A program made the position numbers and the translations under genes. A stretch of 63,577 bases of DNA, counting the filler, from Candidatus Rokuibacteriota bacterium (GTDB lineage: Bacteria > JAUVQV01 > DATDCY01): the NCBI GenBank assembly GCA_031406795.1. It is 7 parts of 7 records of this genome, joined end to end, with 100 filler letters (N's around TTAATTAATTAA, not from the genome) between each part and the next. Parts side by side here need not be neighbours in the genome. Positions count along the whole stretch, not along the records: positions 18,068 to 36,356 come from JANOHV010000198.1; positions 36,457 to 38,149 come from JANOHV010000015.1; positions 38,250 to 51,528 come from JANOHV010000033.1; 4 more parts are not named here. One strand, given 5' to 3'. Of the stretch, positions 28,596 through 40,785 are shown in pieces; the first letter of the stretch is position 1, and every line of letters starts with the position of its first letter. The notes under the pieces are model-generated. The model was not told the DNA's origin and made no database searches. It was given only the letters and a program-made list of their open reading frames with translations.

Positions 28596-29561
28596 TCAGC
28601 CGCTGAGCAGGCGCCGCGCGCGGTACGAACTGCGCACCAGCGGCCCCGCCGCCACCCGGGCGATCCCGGCCGCGCGACCGGCCTCCTCGAGCGCGGCGAA
28701 CTCCTCCGGAAGCCAGTAGCGTTCCACCGGGAGGCTCTGTCGGTCCGGCTGCAGATACTGCCCGATCGTCAGGAAGCGGACCCCGACCGCGTCCAGATCG
28801 CGCATCACAGCGACGACCTCGTCGAATTGCTCGCCGAAACCGACCATGAGGCCGGACTTGGTCGGGACCTGCGGGGCGAGTTCCCGGGAGCGGCGCAACA
28901 GCGCGAGCGAGCCTTCGTAGTCCGCAAGGGGCCGTACGCGGGGGTAGAGGCGCGGGATGGTCTCGAGGTTGTGATTGAGGACGGCGGGGCCGGCGGCGAG
29001 GACGCTCTCGAGCGCCCCCGGCGCACCGGAGAAATCGGGGACCAGGACTTCGACTGAAGGACCCGGCCCCGCCCGGACTCCGGCATCTCCTTGCCGTTCT
29101 CCGGATGAACAGGGAACCGCACCGGGGCGTCCGGGTGCCGGCCGCGTTGCGGGAGCAGAGCATCCCCCGAGTGGCATCATTTCCGGATGGCTGTCGCGGA
29201 TCGCGCCTATCGTTGCCGCGAACTGCGCCGCGCCGCCGTCCGCGAGATCGTCGCGGGTCACCGAAGTCACGACAACGTACGTCAGCCCGAGACGCCGGAC
29301 GGCCGCGGCGACCGCCGCCGGTTCCTCCGGGTCGGGCGGCCCGGGCGCCCCCTTGGCGATCGCGCAGAAGCCGCAGCGCCGCGTGCAGACTTCCCCGAGG
29401 ATCAGAAAGGTCGCCGTCCCGGCGCCGAAGCACTCGCCACGGTTGGGACAGCGCGCGGACTCGCAGACGGTTGACAGGCGCAACTCACGCATCAATCGGC
29501 GCACCTCGTGCCCCCCATCGAAATCGGACGGTTTCGGAACGATCCAAGCCGGCTTGAGCAT
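28596..29561 (-). CDS. lipA: Lipoyl synthase with about 41-aa in-frame insertion
   Basis: CESARCPNRGEC, CTRRCGFC, TSVTRDDL, NHNLET, GQYLQP, VRSSY. Confidence 0.93.
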   Translation of the reverse strand: MLKPAWIVPKPSDFDGGHEVRRLMRELRLSTVCESARCPNRGECFGAGTATFLILGEVCTRRCGFCAIAKGAPGPPDPEEPAAVAAAVRRLGLTYVVVTSVTRDDLADGGAAQFAATIGAIRDSHPEMMPLGGCSAPATRPAPGRPGAVPCSSGERQGDAGVRAGPGPSVEVLVPDFSGAPGALESVLAAGPAVLNHNLETIPRLYPRVRPLADYEGSLALLRRSRELAPQVPTKSGLMVGFGEQFDEVVAVMRDLDAVGVRFLTIGQYLQPDRQSLPVERYWLPEEFAALEEAGRAAGIARVAAGPLVRSSYRARRLLSG

Positions 29562-29568
29562 GGCCGGC

Positions 29569-29597
29569 ATCGTCCACCGCAAACCAACGGGTGTCAA
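29569..29597 (-). promoter_or_regulatory. sigma70-like promoter of lipA (leaderless)
   Basis: TTGACA-17 nt-GACGAT-7 nt-ATG. Confidence 0.5.
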
Positions 29598-29629
29598 TGA
29601 TCGCGCCGGAACTGTAGCTAACGTGGCCA

Positions 29630-29827
29630 GCGAGGCGGCTGGGGCATGACTGAGGGAAGATGCGCGAGGACGCCGATCAGCCCGAAGTGCCGACCGGGGC
29701 GGTTTCCGCAGGAAACGCGGGCTCGTTGTTTGAGCCCGAAGGGCGAGTTACGAGACCGCGAGCCCCGGGCGGCGCTTCGGGCCGGCGGCTGAGACGCACG
29801 ACCGAAGGCATGCCCCCGCCGCCTCGC
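29630..29827 (-). repeat. Rod-like structured repeat, family A copy 3
   Basis: Reverse-complement copy; GCTAACGT direct repeat on both sides (29617-29624, 29832-29839). Confidence 0.85.
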
Positions 29828-29866
29828 GCACGCTAACGTCCGATAGCCAGAACGTGGCATCCCCCC

Positions 29867-29895
29867 TTGACAAATCCGTTACAAATCATTATGTT
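29867..29895 (+). promoter_or_regulatory. sigma70 promoter of the fusA cluster
   Basis: TTGACA-17 nt-TATGTT in an AT-rich patch. Confidence 0.65.
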
Positions 29896-30023
29896 TCGTT
29901 TCTTCATCCGTGTCCCCGCGCGTCGGGGACGCTACGGCACCCCCGGTCCACTGTTCCGGGGACGCCGCGGCACGACGGGCGGGCAGGAACGGAGCCGAAG
30001 CGACGGCAAGGAACGGGAGCACC

Positions 30024-32108
<2,085 letters not shown>

Positions 32109-32158
32109 TGGCGCCGCAGGCCGCAACCCTTATCTATCTGCGCGACAGGAGCGTCGAG

Positions 32159-32863
32159 ATGCTGAAGAAAGACCTGATTCTCAAGAACCCGCTGCGGGCC
32201 TGGGAGCCCGACACCGGCCACAACACCGCGACCCCGAGGATGGGGCTGGTCGTCGCCCCCCGCGGCTCCGGCAAGACCGCGGTGCTCGTGCAGTTCGCCC
32301 TCGACAGCGTGCTTCGGGGCAACCGCGTCATCCACGTGAGCATCGGGCAGAGCCTCGAGAAGACCAAGGAGTGGTACGAGGATCTCTTCCAGGAGCTCTC
32401 GCGCAGCTACAAGCTCGAGCACGTCGGCGAGGTCCACAGCGAGATCGCCGCCGCCCGGCTGATCATGACCTTCAACACCGGCTCGTTCAGCGCCGCGAAG
32501 CTCGAGGAGCGCCTCACCGACCTGATCGAGCAGAACATCTTCCACCCCCAGAGCCTCGTCATCGACGGTTTCGACTTCGCGAACGCCGACGCGGCCCAGG
32601 TGCAGGGCCTGCGGGACCTGGTGCAGGCGCGCAAGCTGCACACCTGGTTCTCCGCGGTGCGCCGCCCCGAGGACAAGCAGGTCAGCGCGCTCGGCGTGCC
32701 CGCCCCGTGCGACCGCTTCGAGGGGCTCTTCGACAGCATCCTTTTGATCAACACCGACGGGCACGGCATCTCGCTGACGACGCTCAAGAGCGACGTCGCC
32801 GCCTCGAAGGACCACCCGCCGATCCGGCTCGACCCCACGACCTTTCTCGTCAACCAGGGTTAG
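32159..32863 (+). CDS. RecA/KaiC-like P-loop ATPase
   Basis: APRGSGKT Walker A, LVIDG Walker B; AGGAG SD. Confidence 0.72.
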   Translation: MLKKDLILKNPLRAWEPDTGHNTATPRMGLVVAPRGSGKTAVLVQFALDSVLRGNRVIHVSIGQSLEKTKEWYEDLFQELSRSYKLEHVGEVHSEIAAARLIMTFNTGSFSAAKLEERLTDLIEQNIFHPQSLVIDGFDFANADAAQVQGLRDLVQARKLHTWFSAVRRPEDKQVSALGVPAPCDRFEGLFDSILLINTDGHGISLTTLKSDVAASKDHPPIRLDPTTFLVNQG

Positions 32864-32987
32864 CAGGCAGCTGAAAATGGCCCATCTGCGGCGTTGTCCT
32901 CCTCCCGGCTCCCTGCGGCGGGCACCAGCCCGCCTCAGTCGCCGGATCGTCGTCCGCCTTGCACCTGGGCCCTTTTGAGCAGCCTGC
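32863..32987 (+). mobile_element. MITE-like element, family B copy 3
   Basis: Terminal IR GCAGGCAGCTGAAAATGGCCCA / TGGGCCCTTTTGAGCAGCCTGC; a left-end fragment also lies at 4939-4959. Confidence 0.72.
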
Positions 32988-33015
32988 CAAGAGAGCATTG
33001 CATAGGAGAGGAGCA

Positions 33016-33579
33016 ATGGTGATGAAGGCGAGTGAATCTATCCTGTTCAGCGGCGGCGCACCGGGCGTCGAGGCGGCCTTCGGCGCCGCGGCCGAGCGCC
33101 ATGGCCTCGAGGAGGTCAACTTCACCTTCGCGGGTCACACGGACGCGCGCAGCCGCGGCATCCGGGTGCTGACCCACGAGGAACTCGAGCGCGGGGACGT
33201 GAGTCTGAGCTACGTCTCGAAGCTGATGAACCGCAGCTTTCCCAACGCCCCGCTGATCCGCAAGGTCCTCCAGACGATCTGGTACCAGGTCAACTCCGGG
33301 CAGGAAATCTACGTCGTCGGCTGGATCCAGGAGGACGGCACTGTTCGCGGCGGCACCGGCTGGGGCGCGGAGTTCGCCAAGCTCTGCAACAAGCCGCTCT
33401 TCGTGTTCGACCAGGCCAAGGGCCGCTGGTTCACCTGGAGCGGCGAGGTCTGGGTCGCCTGCGAGCTGCCGGTCGTCACCCACGCGCACATCACCGGGAC
33501 AGGCACCCGCTTCCTCGAAGAGAGCGGCAAGCGGGCCATCGAGGAGCTGTTCGACCGCTCGTTCGGCCCCGCGAAGTAG
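33016..33579 (+). CDS. Conserved cytoplasmic protein, SLOG-like nucleotide-binding fold
   Basis: FSGGAPG, VRGGTGWG, KPLFVFDQ, GTGTR. Confidence 0.65.
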   Translation: MVMKASESILFSGGAPGVEAAFGAAAERHGLEEVNFTFAGHTDARSRGIRVLTHEELERGDVSLSYVSKLMNRSFPNAPLIRKVLQTIWYQVNSGQEIYVVGWIQEDGTVRGGTGWGAEFAKLCNKPLFVFDQAKGRWFTWSGEVWVACELPVVTHAHITGTGTRFLEESGKRAIEELFDRSFGPAK

Positions 33580-33662
33580 GGGAGGGGTTGATCCCCTCCG
33601 CCGACTCTCCAGTTTCGCCTGATCACGCGCCCTTTCGGGCGGGGGGTGAACTCCGCCCCTAC
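33576..33662. repeat. Inverted pair of GTAG REPs (REPIN-like)
   Basis: GTAGGGGAGGGGTTGATCCCCTCC ... GGGCGGGGGGTGAACTCCGCCCCTAC. Confidence 0.75.
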
Positions 33663-33697
33663 AACAGGGTTCGTCTTCTGATACCATACGCAGATAC

Positions 33698-34510
33698 ATG
33701 AGCTGGTTTGAAGCGCTCGCACTCGCGATTGTCCAGGGGCTCACCGAGTTTCTCCCGGTCTCCAGTTCCGGGCATCTCGTTCTCGCACAGACCTTCTTCG
33801 GCATCGAGCCGGCAACCGCTTTTGTCTACGACATCATCCTGCACCTTGGCACCGCGCTGGCCGCGCTGCTGTTCTACCGCTGCGACGTCCTCGCCGTGCT
33901 CCGGGGGCTGCTCCCGCCCTATCATGATGCCCCGCAGGAACTGCGCGAGGCGCGCCGACTGCTCCTCCTCCTCTCCGCAGCCACGGTGCCGACGGCAGTC
34001 ATCGGATTGACTTTCAAGGACTTTTTCGAGGGGCTGTTCGCTTCGCCGTCGGCCGTCGTGGCGGCTCTCGCCGTGACCGGCACATTCCTGATCGCTTCCT
34101 CGCTGCTGCCCGCCGCCACGCAGACCCTCGAGAACGCCCCCTGGTGGAAGGCGTCCCTCGTCGGCATCGCGCAGGGCGTCGCCATCGTTCCCGGTATTTC
34201 GCGTTCGGGCAGTACGATCGTCGCCGGTATCGCGATCGGCCTGCGCCGCGAGGACGCCGTGCGCTTCTCCTTCCTGCTCTCGCTGCCGGCGATCTGCGGC
34301 GCCGCGCTGCTCGAACTGCGCCACCCGCCGGCCGGCGGCAGCGGCGTCCCGGTCGCGCTCGCCGCCGTCGGGTTCCTCGTCGCCGCCGCGACCGGCTATC
34401 TCGCCATCCTGCTGGTGCTGCGCTGGACGCGCGCCGGCAAGCTCTGGCAGTTCGGCCTCTACTGCTGGGTCGTGGCGGGCCTCGCCGCCGCGGTGCTGGC
34501 GCGGCGCTGA
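33698..34510 (+). CDS. uppP: Undecaprenyl-diphosphatase
   Basis: QGLTEFLPVSSSGH, PGISRSGST, FSFLLSLPA. Confidence 0.95.
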   Translation: MSWFEALALAIVQGLTEFLPVSSSGHLVLAQTFFGIEPATAFVYDIILHLGTALAALLFYRCDVLAVLRGLLPPYHDAPQELREARRLLLLLSAATVPTAVIGLTFKDFFEGLFASPSAVVAALAVTGTFLIASSLLPAATQTLENAPWWKASLVGIAQGVAIVPGISRSGSTIVAGIAIGLRREDAVRFSFLLSLPAICGAALLELRHPPAGGSGVPVALAAVGFLVAAATGYLAILLVLRWTRAGKLWQFGLYCWVVAGLAAAVLARR

Positions 34511-34530
34511 GCGCGGCCAGGAGCGACACC

Positions 34531-36356
34531 GTGGCCCGCGGCAGGAAGAAAAAGAAGGACCAGTCCCTCCGCCGGGGGCGAGAGCAGGGCGCGCGACGCG
34601 AGGCGCGGTGGAACCGCCTGCGGGAGATCGCCGGCGTCGGCTTCGTCGCCCTGACCATCGCCGCCATCATCGCGCTGGCGTCGTTCAACGCCCACGACCC
34701 CTCCCTGAACACCGCCAGCGGCAGCGCGGCCATCCACAACTTCCTCGGCGTCCTCGGAGCATACTTTGCCGACTTCCTCGTCCAGTTTTTCGGCTTCGGG
34801 GCCTGGCTCTTCCCGCTGTTCGCCTTCGGGGCGGCGGTTCTGCTCTTCGCGGGCATCGCCGTCAGCCTTCTCAGCCGTTTGGGCCGGGCTCTCGGACTGC
34901 TCGGCTTCTCGCTGTCGCTCGTCGCGCTCGGCAATCTCGCCTTTGGAGCGGCCGATCCCTTCTACGGCGGGGCGGGAATCTCGGTTCCCGCCGGCGGGGC
35001 GCTCGGCAACGCGCTGGTGCGGCTGTGCCGCCCCCTGCTCGGCGACGCCGGCACCGGGCTGGTCTTCACGTTCCTGCTGGTCGCCTCGTTCACCCTCGCC
35101 ACGCACCTGACTCCCGGTCACCTCTCACGCGCCGCCGGGTCCGGGCTGATCCGCGCCTGGGAATTGCGCCGTGGACGCAAGGAGAAGGAGGAGGCGCGAA
35201 GCCAGCGGAGCGCCGCAGATGCCCCGGCGCGAAAGCCGGAGCCTGAGCAGCTCCCCCCGCCGCAGCTCGAAATAGACGCGGAGGACCTCGACGGGCCGAT
35301 GATCGTGCAGCGGCCGCCGCCGCTGCGCAAGAAGCCGGTCGCCGCACGGCGCGCCGAGCCGGCCCGCGCCGCGGGCGCCTTCCGCCTGCCGCCCCTCGAC
35401 CTGCTCGACGACCCGCCCGCCGACCGCGCGCCGGTGTCGCGCGAGGAGATCCTGGCCAACTCGCGCATCCTCGAGCGCAAACTCGCGGACTTCGGCGTCA
35501 ACGGCAAGGTCACTCAGGTGCACCCGGGACCGGTGATCACGATGTACGAGTACGAACTGGCACCCGGAATCAAAATGAACCGCATCGAGGGCCTGCAGGA
35601 CGATCTCGCGCTGGCGCTCTCGGCGACTTCGGTCCGCGTCGCCCGGATCCCGGGCAAGTCCGTCGTCGGGATCGAATTGCCGAACCGCAGCCGCGAGGTG
35701 GTGACGCTGAAGGAGATCATGCTCTCCGAGGAGTTCGGGCGGGCGCACTCGAAACTCTCCGTCGCGCTCGGCAAGGACACCTTCGGCAAGCCGCGGGTCG
35801 CCGACCTGGGCAAGATGCCCCACGTGCTGATCGCGGGCGCCACCGGCTCGGGCAAGAGCGTGATGATCAACACGCTGATCAGCTCGATCCTGTTCGCGGC
35901 GCGCCCCGACGAGGTGCAGTTCATCATGATCGACCCGAAGATGGTCGAGCTGACGATGTACGACGGCATCCCGCACCTGATCGCGCCGGTGGTCAGCAAC
36001 CCGAAGAAGGCGGCCTACGCGCTGCGCAACGCCGTCGGCCTGATGGAGGAGCGCTACAAGATCCTCGCCGAGAAGAAAGTTCGCAACATCGAGTCCTACA
36101 ACCACCATCTCGCGGCGGAGGCGAAGGCGCGCGGCGAGGTGCCGGCGCTGATGTCGTTTCTCGTGATCGTCATCGACGAACTGGCCGACCTGATGATCCT
36201 GGCCCAGAGCGAGGTCGAGGACTCGATCACGCGGCTGGCGCAGCTCTCGCGCGCCGTCGGCATGCACCTGGTCATAGCCACGCAGCGCCCCTCGACGAAC
36301 GTCATCACCGGCATCATCAAGGCGAACCTGCCGGTGCGTATGTCCTTCAACGTCTC
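34531..36356 (+). CDS. ftsK: DNA translocase FtsK, 3'-truncated
   Basis: N-terminal TM domain; PHVLIAGATGSGKS, IDPKMVEL, IDELADLM, ATQRPS. Confidence 0.95.
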
Positions 36357-36456
36357 NNNNNNNNNNNNNNNNNNNNNNNNNNNNNNNNNNNNNNNNNNNN
36401 TTAATTAATTAANNNNNNNNNNNNNNNNNNNNNNNNNNNNNNNNNNNNNNNNNNNN

Positions 36457-36881
36457 CCGAGGACTTCGGCGAGGTCGCAGGCGGCGATGGCGATCTCGCA
36501 GACGATCCAGAGAAAGATGGTGACGGGCGGCGAGAAGTGGTCGCGGCAGGCCTGGGCGAGGTCGCGTCCTGCGGCGATGCCGAGGCGCGCGGAGAGCGCC
36601 TGCAGGAGGATCGCCATGAGGTTGGAGATCATGATCACGCTGAGCAGCGTGTAGCCGAAGCGGGCGCCGCCGGCGAGGTCGGTGGCCCAGTTGCCGGGGT
36701 CCATGTAGCCGACGGCCACGAGGTAACCGGGACCGGCGAAGGCAAAGAGCTTGCGCCAGAAGCCGGCACCGACGGGGATGGAGATGGAACCGTGGACTTC
36801 GGGGAGGCTGCGGGAACCGGGTGGGAGCCGCCAGCCGCTCACCTTGGTCTCCGGCGCCGCATTTTCCGCCTTCTTAGTCAT
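36457..36881 (-). CDS. mntH: Nramp divalent metal transporter, 3'-truncated
   Basis: [32 protein letters not shown]. Confidence 0.93.
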
Positions 36882-36882
36882 A

Positions 36883-36901
36883 AGTTTGAAGACTCAAAAC
36901 T
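36883..36901. promoter_or_regulatory. Palindromic candidate metal-repressor operator abutting the mntH start
   Basis: AGTTTGAAGACTCAAAACT between a TATAGT -10-like box and the ATG. Confidence 0.45.
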
Positions 36902-37067
36902 ATACCACACGTTGATCCTGTGGCGCGTCGATGACCCGACGAGACTCCAGACCGAGACGGCTTCGTGCCCGGGAACCAACTACCCGTGGGAAGCGACTGC
37001 CCGAGACACGCGGGCTCGCCTGGAGCGGCGATGGAGGAATTTCGGCCTGTTTCTGGGGCGCCCAGCG

Positions 37068-37083
37068 TGGCATCGAATCTGCC
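37068..37083 (+). promoter_or_regulatory. Candidate sigma54 promoter
   Basis: TGGCATCGAATCTGCC has -24/-12 spacing; a sigma54 activator gene is adjacent. Confidence 0.45.
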
Positions 37084-37095
37084 CAGGAGGACCCC

Positions 37096-37302
37096 ATGCA
37101 TGAGCGGACCCTGTTGATCGACGATGCGGCGCGGATGCTGGGGGTGTCGCGTCGGACGGTGTACTACCTGTACTACCGGATTCGGGAGGGGAAGCTGCGG
37201 ACGATTCGGGCGAAGTGCGGGTCGCAGCGGGTGCTCGTCTCGTCGATCGAGATGCTGCGGGCGCCGCAGCCGTTGCCTACAGCCCCAGGCGCAGACGCTT
37301 GA
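37096..37302 (+). CDS. Small excisionase/MerR-like HTH protein (68 aa)
   Basis: [28 protein letters not shown]. Confidence 0.75.
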   Translation: MHERTLLIDDAARMLGVSRRTVYYLYYRIREGKLRTIRAKCGSQRVLVSSIEMLRAPQPLPTAPGADA

Positions 37303-38149
37303 GGTAGAGCCCTTTGCGGGAGATCCCGAGCGCCTTGGCGGCCCGGTCGACGTGTCCCTCGTGCGCGCGGAGCGCGGCGCGGATCATTTCACGCTCGATG
37401 CGTGAGATGGTCGGTGCCAGCCTTTCGGTCAGCGGAACGCTGATCTCGAGTCCCACGGCGGTGCGTGCCGGCGGCTTGGCGGTCGCGCGCCGGATGGCCG
37501 GCGACAGCGCGGACGGCGAGAGGACGGCATCGTTGTCGGCCAGCGCCACCATGCGGCGCAGTTCGTTGTTCAGTTGTCGCACGTTGCCGGGCCAGGGGAA
37601 GAGGAGCAGGTGCTCCATGGTTTCTTCGGCGACCCGCACGTGCCCTTTCGAGAACTCGGCGCTGGCGCGGGCGGTGAAGTGGTGCACGAGCGGCGGGATC
37701 TCGTCGCGTCGTTCGCGGAGCGGGGGGATGGTGAGGCGGATGACGTTGAGGCGATAGAACAGGTCTTCGCGGAAGCGCTGGTCCTCGACGAGCTGTTCGA
37801 GGTTCGAGTTGGTGGCGGCGATGATGCGGACGTCGACGTTGAAGGGGCTCGGCTCACCGAGCGGATTGATCTCGCCCGACTCGAGAAAGCGCAGCAGCTT
37901 GGGTTGGAGGTCGAGGCTGAGCTCGCCTACCTCGTCGAGGAAGAGGGTGCCGTCCCTGGCGGCGCGGATGAGCCCCGGGTGGTCGCGTTCGGCGCCTGTG
38001 AACGCGCCGCGGCGATGGCCGAACAGCTGGCTTTCGAGCAATTCGCGCGGGATGGCGGTGCAGTTGAAGGGGACAAACGGCTTGTCGGCGCGGGCGGAGT
38101 AGCCGTGGATGGCTCTCGCGAGAATTTCCTTGCCTGTGCCGCTCTCGCC
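37277..38149 (-). CDS. sigma54-dependent activator, 5'-truncated
   Basis: [25 protein letters not shown], Fis HTH. Confidence 0.92.
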   Translation of the reverse strand, partial: GESGTGKEILARAIHGYSARADKPFVPFNCTAIPRELLESQLFGHRRGAFTGAERDHPGLIRAARDGTLFLDEVGELSLDLQPKLLRFLESGEINPLGEPSPFNVDVRIIAATNSNLEQLVEDQRFREDLFYRLNVIRLTIPPLRERRDEIPPLVHHFTARASAEFSKGHVRVAEETMEHLLLFPWPGNVRQLNNELRRMVALADNDAVLSPSALSPAIRRATAKPPARTAVGLEISVPLTERLAPTISRIEREMIRAALRAHEGHVDRAAKALGISRKGLYLKRLRLGL

Positions 38150-38249
38150 NNNNNNNNNNNNNNNNNNNNNNNNNNNNNNNNNNNNNNNNNNNNTTAATTA
38201 ATTAANNNNNNNNNNNNNNNNNNNNNNNNNNNNNNNNNNNNNNNNNNNN

Positions 38250-38983
38250 GCAAGTCCACGCTCCTGCGGTGCCTGAACCTGCTGCAGGCGCCGACCGCGG
38301 GAACCGTGTGGGCCGACGGCATCGGCACGCTCGACAGCCGGGAGAAGATCCGCAGGCAACGCCGGCAGGCGGGGATGGTCTTCCAGCTCCACCACCTCAT
38401 CGGGCGGCTGTCGGCCCTCCAGAACGTTCTCACGGGGCGATTGGCCTATCACTCGTCCCTCCGGAGTCTCTTCCCGCTGCCGAACGCGGAGGTCGCCATC
38501 GCCATGGAATGCCTGGAGCGAGTCGGCCTCGTGGACAAGGCCTTGAAGCGAGTCGATCAACTCAGCGGCGGCGAGCGCCAGCGGGTCGGGATCGCCCGGA
38601 CACTTGCCCAGCGGCCACGGATCGTGCTCGCCGATGAGCCGGTGGCCAGCCTCGACCCGGCCACGGCGGAATCGATCATGGAGCTGCTGAGTCGCGTCGC
38701 CCGCGAAGACAACCTGACGGTGGTATTCAGCATGCACCAGCTCGAACTGGCCTCCCGGTTCGGCGACCGGGTCGTCGGCCTCGCCAACGGGGCGATCGTG
38801 TTCGACGGCACGCCCGCGGAATTGACGGCGGCCCCCCTCGAACGAATCTACAAAGACTCCGCCGGGGCATCACCGCCGCCGGCTGGCGAAGCGGATGCAT
38901 CCGCCTCCCCCTGCACCGTCCTTCCCGCTCCGGCTTGCGACTCGTGCACCGCATTCGCGGGGTTTGCGCACCCTTGCCCATGA
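38250..38983 (+). CDS. ptxA: Phosphite/phosphonate ABC transporter ATPase, 5'-truncated
   Basis: KSTLLRCLN, LSGGERQRV, ADEPVASLDP; leads ptxBCD. Confidence 0.85.
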
Positions 38984-39062
38984 ACCGTCTCGTGCGGCCT
39001 GCCCATTCCCCGAGTCTGCCGGCAGGCGGCTGGAGGCACGAACGAGAAACGGAGGAGAGCCG

Positions 39063-39953
39063 ATGAGCACCACGAGATTGGCGAGCAACAGGAAATTGGC
39101 ATTGGTCTTCGCTGCCGCAGCCCTGGTGGCGACCGCGGTCAGCACGGCGACGGCGGTGCCGACCCGTGACCCCGAGGTGCTGCGGGTGGCGCTGCTGCCC
39201 GACGAGAACGCGTCCAAGGTCATCCAGGACAACGACGGGCTCAAGCGGTACCTCGAGCAGAAGCTGTCGAAGAAGATCGAGCTGCACGTGTTGACCAGCT
39301 ACGCCGCGATGGTCGAGGCCACGCGCAACACCCGCATCGACCTCGCCTTCTTCGGCCCACTCTCCTACTGCATGGCCAAGGACAAGGCCGCCATCGAGCC
39401 GTTCGCCGCCAAGGTCAAGAACGGCTCGACGACGTACAAGGCCGTGATCATCGCCGCCTCCGGGTCCGGCATCGCGCGGCTCGAGGACGTGCGGTGGAAG
39501 CGGATGGCGTTCGGCGACATGGCGTCCACGTCGAGCCACCTGATTCCCAAAGGGATGCTCGCGCGCGCCGGTCTCAAGCCGGGCGACTACCAGGAGAGCT
39601 TCCTCGGCAAGCACGACGCGGTGGCCCTGAACGTCATGCGCGGCAACGTCGACGCCGGCGGACTGAGCCAGGTGATCTTCAACGGGCTCGTTGAGAAGGG
39701 GACCATCGACGCCTCCAAGGTCAGGGTCATCGCGGAGTCCGAGCCCATCCCCGAGTATCCCTGGGTCATGCAGGAGGACCTGGCGCCGGCGCTCAAGGAG
39801 CAGATCCGCAAGGCGTTCCTGGAACTGCGGGACCCCGACATCCTCAAACCGCTCAAAGCCGACTCCTTCGCGGCGATCCGGGACGCCGACTACGACGTGA
39901 TCAGGAACGCCGCCAAGATCCTCGGGCTGGACCTTGGCTCGCTCGAGAAATAA
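39063..39953 (+). CDS. ptxB: Phosphite-binding periplasmic protein
   Basis: DPEVLRVALLPDENAS, FGPLSY, ASTSSHLIPK, HDAVA, YPW closely follow PtxB as recalled. Confidence 0.85.
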   Translation: MSTTRLASNRKLALVFAAAALVATAVSTATAVPTRDPEVLRVALLPDENASKVIQDNDGLKRYLEQKLSKKIELHVLTSYAAMVEATRNTRIDLAFFGPLSYCMAKDKAAIEPFAAKVKNGSTTYKAVIIAASGSGIARLEDVRWKRMAFGDMASTSSHLIPKGMLARAGLKPGDYQESFLGKHDAVALNVMRGNVDAGGLSQVIFNGLVEKGTIDASKVRVIAESEPIPEYPWVMQEDLAPALKEQIRKAFLELRDPDILKPLKADSFAAIRDADYDVIRNAAKILGLDLGSLEK

Positions 39954-39968
39954 GCCGTTCCCGGCACC

Positions 39969-40781
39969 ATGACGACCGCGACTTCGCCGGCCATCGCTGC
40001 CGTGCTCCTCGCCCGCAGGGCGTCCTTCGTCCGCGGGGCGGCCCAGGCCGCGGCGGTGCTGACCCTGATCCTCGCCAGCCTCTGGTACGCCGAATTCTTC
40101 GATCCCCGGAGGTACCTCGAGGGCGCGGCCGGGATCTTCCAGATCATCGTCCGCGAGGGGATGCCGCCGGATTTCAGCCGCCTCGCCACCTGGGGCAAGC
40201 CGCTGCTCGACACGGTCGCCATGAGCATCGCGGGCACGGCGCTCTGCGTCCTGTTCTCGTTCTTACTCGGCTTCCTGGCCGCGAAGAACACCACGATCCA
40301 CCCGCTGGCCTACGTGACCTCCCGGTTCTTCCTCAACTTCATGCGCGCCATCCCCGAGCTGATCCTCGGCATCCTGTTCCTCGCCGCCGTCGGTCTCGGC
40401 ATCCTGCCCGGGGTGCTGGCCCTGGGATTCCACTCCGTCGGCATGGTCGGCAAGTTCTTCGCCGAGGCCATCGAGCACGTCGACCCGGCGCCGGTGGAGG
40501 CGGTGAAAGCCTGCGGCGGCAGCCGGATGCAGGTCCTCTGGCACGGCGTGCTGCCGCAGGTGCTCCCGCAGATGGCCGACGTCTCCTTCTACCGCTGGGA
40601 GTTCAACTTCCGCGCCTCCACGGTCATGGGGATGGTGGGCTGTGGCGGCATCGGGCTGCAGCTGGTCTCATCGCTGAGCCTCATGGATTACCGTCAGATG
40701 ACCGCCCTGCTCCTCATCATCCTGCTCTGCGTCACGATCGTCGACGGCCTCAGCGCCCGGATGCGCCGGCGGTTCAAGTAG
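39969..40781 (+). CDS. ptxC: Phosphite ABC permease (PhnE family)
   Basis: RAIPELI, GKFFAEAIEH, RWEFNFRASTVMG. Confidence 0.85.
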   Translation: MTTATSPAIAAVLLARRASFVRGAAQAAAVLTLILASLWYAEFFDPRRYLEGAAGIFQIIVREGMPPDFSRLATWGKPLLDTVAMSIAGTALCVLFSFLLGFLAAKNTTIHPLAYVTSRFFLNFMRAIPELILGILFLAAVGLGILPGVLALGFHSVGMVGKFFAEAIEHVDPAPVEAVKACGGSRMQVLWHGVLPQVLPQMADVSFYRWEFNFRASTVMGMVGCGGIGLQLVSSLSLMDYRQMTALLLIILLCVTIVDGLSARMRRRFK

Positions 40782-40785
40782 GCGG

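Noticed and set aside
29058-29180. Intein or intron in lipA
   Set aside because: Too short; lacks C/S...HN intein ends and recognisable intron structure
36882-37090. yybP-ykoY Mn riboswitch upstream of mntH
   Set aside because: The apparent -10 box lies about 17 nt from the ATG, leaving no room, and no recognisable motif
36357-38249. Functional link between ftsK, mntH and the ptx operon
   Set aside because: Separate contigs; the short 36457-38149 contig may even come from another organism in the bin
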